A DNA stretch of 45,567 nt from contig JAJVLF010000015.1 in the NCBI GenBank assembly GCA_029255845.1, positions 1-45,567 on the forward strand, written 5' to 3'. The notes under the pieces were generated by a model. That model saw only the letters and a program-made list of their open reading frames with translations. It made no database searches and was not told where the DNA came from. Shown here piece after piece: positions 39,518-45,567 of the stretch; position 1 is the stretch's first letter, and each line of letters opens with the position of its first letter. The position numbers and the translations under genes were made by a program. The stretch is from Campylobacterota bacterium. GTDB lineage: Bacteria > Campylobacterota > Campylobacteria > Campylobacterales > JAJVLF01.

Positions 39518-41658
39518 TTCATTTCACTTTTTTTATTATTTCTTTGCTTGTGTAAAATTGGCTCTGTGTATCCATTAGGACATTCTTTGCCTGATGTTAC
39601 TAATTCACATGCTGTTTTAAATGCAATATTGTCAAAATTATCTGATATATTCTCATATTCGTTATCATTTTTATTTTGCTCATCCACTATCTTTGCCATT
39701 TTTTTCATAGCATTCATAAATTGCTCATTCGTTATGACTTTATGCTCTAGCCAATTACATAAATGCTGAGATGATATTCTTAATGTAGCCCTATCTTCCA
39801 TTAATGCTACATCACTAATATCAGGGACTTTAGAGCAACCTATCCCTTGGTTAATCCACCTTGATACATAACCCAAAATTCCTTGAGCATTATTTTCTAT
39901 CTCTTTTGTGATTATCTCATCGCTCCAATTAGGGTCTCTAATTATAGGAACTTCTAAAATATCCTCTTTTTTAGTTCTATCTCTATTTTTTAATGTTTTA
40001 TGCAAATCAAGGACATCTACTTGATGATAATGCATTGAGTGAAGTGTCCCAGCGGTAGGAGAAGGAACCCATGCACAATTACCCCCTGCTTTTAGGTGGG
40101 CAATCTTAGTTTCCATCATACTTTTCATATCATCAGGCTGAGCATACATACCTTTGCCTATTTGTGCTTTTCCACTAAAGCCACATAAAAGAGCTACATC
40201 CACATTGTAGTTTTCATAAGAAAGTAGCCATTTTTTTGTCTTCATATTTGCTTTTAAGTCCATTATCCCAGCTTGCATAGAAGTATGCATTTCATCACCT
40301 GTTCTATCTAAAAACCCTGTATTTACAAAAAATACTCTGTCCTCAGCTGACCTTATACATTCTTTTAGATTAAGAGTCGTTCTTCTCTCTTCATCCATAA
40401 TCCCCATTTTAAATGTCAAATTATCTAAACCTAAAGTCTTTTCTATTTGAGCAAACATATCAGAAGCAAAAGCTACTTCTTGTGATCCATGCATTTTAGG
40501 TTTTACTATATAAATGCTTTTCTTTTTAGAATTTTGATAAACAACTTTATTTTGTTTTTCATATACAGCTATAATACCCATCATCATACCATCAAGCATA
40601 TTTTCAAATACTTCTTCGCCTTTATATAAAACGGCTGAATTTTTCATCAAAAGCCCCACATTTCTACATAAGAGCAATGAGCGACCACTTAAGCTAAATT
40701 CATCACCATCTAAGCCTTTATACACTCTATTAGCATTTAGTTTCCTTTCAATTATTTTGCCATTTTTATTCAATGAAGCACTTAAGCTACCATTAGCAAG
40801 ATTAAACCAATTACTATATACTAATGTCTTATCTTCACCATCCACAGCCGTTACCGAATCTTCAAAATCCACAATAGTGCTAATAGCTGATTCTAAAATA
40901 ATATCTTTAATGCCAGCCTTATTTAGCTTACCAGCAGGAGAGTTTGGATTAATAACAATCTCTATATGAAGATTATTATTTTCAAATAAAATACTATTTA
41001 GATTAGTCTTATCTCCTACATATCCCTTAAGTTGCCCATTATTTTTTAAGTTTATTTTTTTACCATTAATCATTGCTTCAAAAATTTTATCACTAATACT
41101 AAAACTCTCCACATCATTATAAGAGCCACTTTCAAGGGGGATAGACTTATCTAAAAAATAATTCGCATATTTGATAACTTCTTTCGCTCTAATAGGACAA
41201 AGACCACCTTGTTCTGCTTTAGTATCTATAATATTTGAGCCATATAAAGCATCATACAAGCTCCCCCATCTAGCATTAGCTGCATTTAGAGCATATCTAG
41301 CATTATTTGCAGGAACCACTAGCTGAGGACCACAAATTTTGGATATTTCATCATCTATATTAGATGTAGATATATTAAAATCTTCTTTTTCTTCTACTAA
41401 ATATCCTATTTCATTTAAAAATGATTTATATTTTTCTATATCTAAAACATCATTGTTTTTTGAGTATGTATCTATCTTCTCTTGAAGCTCATCTCTTATT
41501 GAAAGTAATTTTTCATTTTCATCACTATTATTTGCTACAAATTCTTCAAACTTTCCCCAAAATACATCATTTTCCATATCGATATTTTTAATGATTTTAT
41601 TTTGAACAAAATCATATAAATGATTATCAATCTCTAAATTACCAACTTTTTTATACAT
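39514..41658 (-). CDS. glcB: Malate synthase G
   Basis: GPQLVVP, NARYALNAANARWGSLYDALYG, RNVG, VKPKMHG, MDEERRT, NTGFLDRTGDE, GCSKVPDI, MEDRATLRISSQH. Confidence 0.98.
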   Translation of the reverse strand: MYKKVGNLEIDNHLYDFVQNKIIKNIDMENDVFWGKFEEFVANNSDENEKLLSIRDELQEKIDTYSKNNDVLDIEKYKSFLNEIGYLVEEKEDFNISTSNIDDEISKICGPQLVVPANNARYALNAANARWGSLYDALYGSNIIDTKAEQGGLCPIRAKEVIKYANYFLDKSIPLESGSYNDVESFSISDKIFEAMINGKKINLKNNGQLKGYVGDKTNLNSILFENNNLHIEIVINPNSPAGKLNKAGIKDIILESAISTIVDFEDSVTAVDGEDKTLVYSNWFNLANGSLSASLNKNGKIIERKLNANRVYKGLDGDEFSLSGRSLLLCRNVGLLMKNSAVLYKGEEVFENMLDGMMMGIIAVYEKQNKVVYQNSKKKSIYIVKPKMHGSQEVAFASDMFAQIEKTLGLDNLTFKMGIMDEERRTTLNLKECIRSAEDRVFFVNTGFLDRTGDEMHTSMQAGIMDLKANMKTKKWLLSYENYNVDVALLCGFSGKAQIGKGMYAQPDDMKSMMETKIAHLKAGGNCAWVPSPTAGTLHSMHYHQVDVLDLHKTLKNRDRTKKEDILEVPIIRDPNWSDEIITKEIENNAQGILGYVSRWINQGIGCSKVPDISDVALMEDRATLRISSQHLCNWLEHKVITNEQFMNAMKKMAKIVDEQNKNDNEYENISDNFDNIAFKTACELVTSGKECPNGYTEPILHKQRNNKKSEMK

Positions 41659-44479
41659 ATTCTTCCTTTACTTTTGAGCATTTATCTAATAAATAAAAGA
41701 TAGAACTATAATTTTTCTTAGAATACTCACTAAGCCCTATCTCACAAGTGATACTAGTGCAATACCCACTATCACAGCCATTAGTTTGATTTTCTAATGT
41801 TTTTAAAGCAGATTCATTAAGCTCAGGATAAGTAAATCCCCTATCCCCAGCAAAACCACAACAAGCAATTTGGCTAGGAGAGACTACATCATCACTTAGC
41901 TTATTAGCAATTTCAATAAAATCACTACCTAGACCCATTTTAGATGAGCTACAAGTAGTATGTATCGCGATTTTATCATTACTTTTTTCAAGCTCTAATT
42001 TATCCAATAAAAACTTTTTAATAAATGTAATAGGCTCATAAATCTCCATATCCATATTAGATTTAATTTCTTCATGTATTTTACTCACACAAGGAGAAGT
42101 GTCTATTAATATAGGATATTTCCCATTTCCACTTGCCTTTAAAAGCTCATCTTTAAGCTCTTGATGTTTTAATTCAGATTCTTTATTAAAGCCTTTAGAT
42201 GAAAACGGCATACCACAACAAAGTCCTCCTATATTCTCTGGATAAATCACATCATAATCTGCTTTTTCTAAGACATTCGTAATAACCTCAAAAAGTGCTT
42301 TATCTTCACCTAAACTAGACATATTTCTTGATATACAGCTTGGAAAATATACTACCCTATTTTTAGATGTTTTTGTTTTGACTGCTTTGAAAGATACTCT
42401 TTTTGGAAAACTTTTTTGCATTATAGGAGTATTTAATTTTTTATTTAGCCATATCGAGCCTTTTCGCATTATATTTTTGCCTATAACTTTCTCTAATACT
42501 TCTTTACTTAAAAGCATAATAGAAGAGCTTTTCATAGCAAATGAAAAATTATTAGCCACAAAACTAGCAATCTTATTTTGGAAATAGCTTTTATTTTCAG
42601 CTCTTAAATATTTAGTCAATTTACCAGTATCTATCGACACAGGACAAGCTAAAGAACACATCGAGCAAGTGGCACAAGTATTATTTCCATCATATTCATA
42701 AATCTTACTAAGCTCTTTTAATCTCTCATCATCACTTTTGCTTCTTTGTAATTCACTAATCTCACGACTAATCACAATCCTTTGTCTAGGAGTAATGCTT
42801 AAATCTCTTGATGGACATTCACTTTCACAAAACCCACATTCTATACATTTATCTACAAGAGGATTAGTAGCAGGTATTTTTTTAAGATTTTTAATATGTA
42901 TCTTTTTATCATCATTTATCAAAACACCTGGATTTAAGATATTATGAGGGTCAAAGACATTTTTAACTCTTTTCATTAATAAAAATGCCTCATTGCCCCA
43001 CTCTGCCTCCACAAAAGGAGCTACATTTCTTCCTGTTCCATGCTCTGCTTTTAGAGAGCCATTATATAGACGGATTGTTTTATCGCAAATCTCTTGCATA
43101 AGTAAATCATATGTTTTAACATCTTCCTCGCTATCAAATGTCTGCGAAAAAACCAAATGCAAATTCCCCTCTAATGCATGACCCATAATAATTATATCTT
43201 CATAATTATATTTTTTAAATATCTCCTGCATATCCACGGTAGCTTTAGCTAAATGCTCGATAGGAAATGCCACATCTTCGATAATCACAGTGCTTCCTGT
43301 CTCTCTAAGCTCCCCTAAAGATGGAATAAGACCTTTTCGCAAATTCCAATAAACAGAATAAATAGCCTCATCATCAAAAAACTCTATAGGTTTTATAGTG
43401 GCGATAGACTTAATTCCATCGCTAATAATTTTGATATTTTCCTTTAGCTCATCATCATCAAACCCTCTAGTCTCCACCAAAATAGAACAAGCATTTTCAT
43501 CTAATGTCTTCATAATTTCTGGAGCGATTTCTTTATTTTCCACTGATTTAATAGCAGCTCTATCAAAAAGCTCCGCAGCAAAAATATATTTAGTTAAAGT
43601 AGTCTTCATAATCTCCACAGCCGTGCAAGCAGAATATATATCATCATAATAAATCATAGCACTAGCTTTTTTAGGATGCTCCACCACAGTTTTTAAAATC
43701 ACATCCAAAAGAATAGCCAAAGTCCCCTCACTACCTATAATAATATGAGAAAGTATATCTATAGGGTCATCATAATCACTAAAAGCATTAAGGCTATATC
43801 CCGTAGTATTTTTAATTTTATATTTTTCTTTTATTTTATCGCTAAGAGCCTTATTATTTTTAATACTAGTTGAAATATCACTAAGCTCATCTAATAAATC
43901 CTTATGAGTTTTCTTAAAAGAGATTATACTATCCTTATCACCCGTATCAAGAATAGTCCCATCATAAAGCATAATTCGCATAGAATCCATAGTCTGATAA
44001 GAATTTTCACTAATCCCACAACACATCCCACTAGAATTATTATTAATAATCCCACCAATCATAGCAGACTCAATAGAAGCAGGGTCAGGACCTATTTTTT
44101 TATCAAAAGGTTTTAATTGTTGATTTATAAAACCAGCAATCAACCCTGGCTGAAGCTTAATCTTCTGAGCATTATCCAATATCTCAAATTCCCTAAACCC
44201 CCAATTAAGAGCCACCAAAATAGAATCACTAGAGGATTGCCCACTAAGAGAAGTCCCCGCCGTCCTAAATGTAATAGGAAGCTTAAGCCTATAAGCAAGA
44301 GCCATACAATCAGAAAGCTCCCCCTCACTCAAAGCCTTAATAACAATCTTAGGATTAAGCCTATACAAAGAAGCATCTGTCCCATAAGCCAATGTATGCA
44401 AAGCATCAGTAAAGACTCTATTTTCAGGGATTTTAGTAATTATTTGATTATAAAAATTTTGGTACTTAGTATCTAGCAT
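41651..44479 (-). CDS. FAD-binding / Fe-S 2-hydroxyacid dehydrogenase (Dld-II-type D-lactate or glycolate dehydrogenase)
   Basis: AGTSLSGQ, GPDPAS, GSEGTL, GHALEGNLH, KAEHGTGRN, CIECGFCESECP, C.TCSMC...CP, two CCG domains. Confidence 0.92.
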   Translation of the reverse strand: MLDTKYQNFYNQIITKIPENRVFTDALHTLAYGTDASLYRLNPKIVIKALSEGELSDCMALAYRLKLPITFRTAGTSLSGQSSSDSILVALNWGFREFEILDNAQKIKLQPGLIAGFINQQLKPFDKKIGPDPASIESAMIGGIINNNSSGMCCGISENSYQTMDSMRIMLYDGTILDTGDKDSIISFKKTHKDLLDELSDISTSIKNNKALSDKIKEKYKIKNTTGYSLNAFSDYDDPIDILSHIIIGSEGTLAILLDVILKTVVEHPKKASAMIYYDDIYSACTAVEIMKTTLTKYIFAAELFDRAAIKSVENKEIAPEIMKTLDENACSILVETRGFDDDELKENIKIISDGIKSIATIKPIEFFDDEAIYSVYWNLRKGLIPSLGELRETGSTVIIEDVAFPIEHLAKATVDMQEIFKKYNYEDIIIMGHALEGNLHLVFSQTFDSEEDVKTYDLLMQEICDKTIRLYNGSLKAEHGTGRNVAPFVEAEWGNEAFLLMKRVKNVFDPHNILNPGVLINDDKKIHIKNLKKIPATNPLVDKCIECGFCESECPSRDLSITPRQRIVISREISELQRSKSDDERLKELSKIYEYDGNNTCATCSMCSLACPVSIDTGKLTKYLRAENKSYFQNKIASFVANNFSFAMKSSSIMLLSKEVLEKVIGKNIMRKGSIWLNKKLNTPIMQKSFPKRVSFKAVKTKTSKNRVVYFPSCISRNMSSLGEDKALFEVITNVLEKADYDVIYPENIGGLCCGMPFSSKGFNKESELKHQELKDELLKASGNGKYPILIDTSPCVSKIHEEIKSNMDMEIYEPITFIKKFLLDKLELEKSNDKIAIHTTCSSSKMGLGSDFIEIANKLSDDVVSPSQIACCGFAGDRGFTYPELNESALKTLENQTNGCDSGYCTSITCEIGLSEYSKKNYSSIFYLLDKCSKVKEEYV

Positions 44480-44497
44480 ATTTCACCTTTTGTAGTT

Positions 44498-44713
44498 TTA
44501 AAATATAAAGCATATTTTTAGAGGTTCCCTTAATTGTTGATTATCTATTCTAATAGATTTTAATTCATCTAAAATATATCTTTCTACAAGTGGAATGTAA
44601 AGTGGCTTTTTAGCTTGTTTGATACTTTTTTCTGCCTTTTGATGTTTAATATCATCTTGCAATGCAAAAAGCACACCTATAAATAAGACATTTACCACAA
44701 TTTTTTTAAACAT
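44498..44713 (-). pseudogene. Truncated secreted protein, broken at an IS-end-like motif
   Basis: Signal peptide + LY.PLVERYILDELK; the last codons (REPLKICFIF) are read from the AGGGAACCTCTAAAAAT motif. Confidence 0.55.
44514..44532 (-). repeat. Copy of the IS-end-like motif
   Basis: TAAGGGAACCTCTAAAAAT, 17/19 to the copy at 24340-24358. Confidence 0.7.
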
Positions 44714-44935
44714 TTCACTACCTAATATACTTCTTCGTAGTATATCATTTTAATTAAAAAGATATACTACAATAATAACTAAGAATTTTTCATATGAATT
44801 GATAAGTTTTTGATGGATATAATATCAAATCTTTCCCGATTATAATTGCTTGTTCATTTTGCATATAATGTTATCATATGGATAAATTATAAATCTTAAT
44901 TAGAACGATAGATATTTCAAAAAAAGGAGATTTAT

Positions 44936-45526
44936 ATTATAAAAAAAGAAATACTTTTAGTAGGTGGTGGTGGGCATTGTAATTCTGTAATTGATGTTGT
45001 TGAATTAGAAAATAAATATAGTATTGCTGGCATTATTGATGATGATAAAAACTTAATAAATCAAGAAATATTAGGTTATGAGGTAATTGGGTGTGGAGAT
45101 GACTTAGAAAAATTATTTTCAAAATACAAGTATGCATTAATTACTATAGGGCAAATAAAATCTAATAAACCAAGGGTCAAGTTTTATAATTTATTGAAAA
45201 AAATAGGATATATTTTACCAACTATAATATCTCCATTATCTTATGTGTCTAAGCATTCTAAAATAGATGAAGCAACTATTATAATGCATCATGCTTTAGT
45301 AAATACTAATGCAATAATTGGTAAAAACTGTATAATAAACTCAAAAGCTTTAATAGAGCATGATGCTATTATAGAAGATAATTGCCATATAAGCACAAGC
45401 TCTATAATTAATGGTGGGGTAATAGTGAGAGAAAATACATTTTTTGGAAGTAATGCTATGAGTAAAGAATGTATAGAAATTAAAGCTAACTCTATTATAG
45501 GTGGAGGTGAGAATATATTAAGCTAA
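44936..45526 (+). CDS. NeuD/PglD-family sugar acetyltransferase (probable ATT/ATA start)
   Basis: Frame open from ATT 44936/ATA 44939: KKEILLVGGGGHC.SVIDV, ITIGQI, hexapeptide repeats with EHD; AGGAG RBS at 44925-44929. Confidence 0.9.
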   Translation: MIKKEILLVGGGGHCNSVIDVVELENKYSIAGIIDDDKNLINQEILGYEVIGCGDDLEKLFSKYKYALITIGQIKSNKPRVKFYNLLKKIGYILPTIISPLSYVSKHSKIDEATIIMHHALVNTNAIIGKNCIINSKALIEHDAIIEDNCHISTSSIINGGVIVRENTFFGSNAMSKECIEIKANSIIGGGENILS

Positions 45527-45567
45527 TTGCCAAAAATGCTTAACAATCAACATAACTCCCCCAAATG

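Noticed and set aside
29873-44532. One 14.6-kb composite transposon bounded by the inward-facing motif copies
   Set aside because: The interval contains housekeeping alaS, no transposase and a third internal motif copy.
44714-44920. Possible ncRNA or gene remnant in this intergenic region
   Set aside because: No recognisable structure or protein motif.

Overview
AT-rich bacterial chromosome segment. Gene content and order point to Campylobacterota: tatA-argS, glmM-lspA, sigma54-driven flgF-flgG, cheX-fliN-fliO, rpmH-rnpA-yidD-yidC-jag-mnmE, plsY-folB and an LPP20 lipoprotein. Accessory content sits among the housekeeping genes. (1) A decaying defence island (4.3-8.9 kb) holds an intact RloC-like ABC-ATPase/HEPN anticodon nuclease, an unknown ORF, rhuM and a heavily deleted type III restriction (res) remnant interrupted by a 161-bp MITE. 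(2) Two secreted paralogues directly downstream of flgG carry four copies of a Trp-rich ~80-aa repeat I do not recognise, fused to PEBP (YbhB/YbcL) domains. (3) A tRNA-Glu(UUC) has an atypical anticodon arm. (4) A glyoxylate-shunt/glycolate gene set (aceA-rraA, glycerate kinase, Fe-S dehydrogenase-glcB-glcG) is unusual for this phylum, and each block is preceded by the same 19-bp IS-end-like motif. (5) An AAA ATPase + DUF3226/TOPRIM pair is present. At least four conserved genes appear to lack ATG/GTG/TTG starts. No CRISPR array, rRNA or intact transposase was seen. All calls come from motif recognition; no database search was run.
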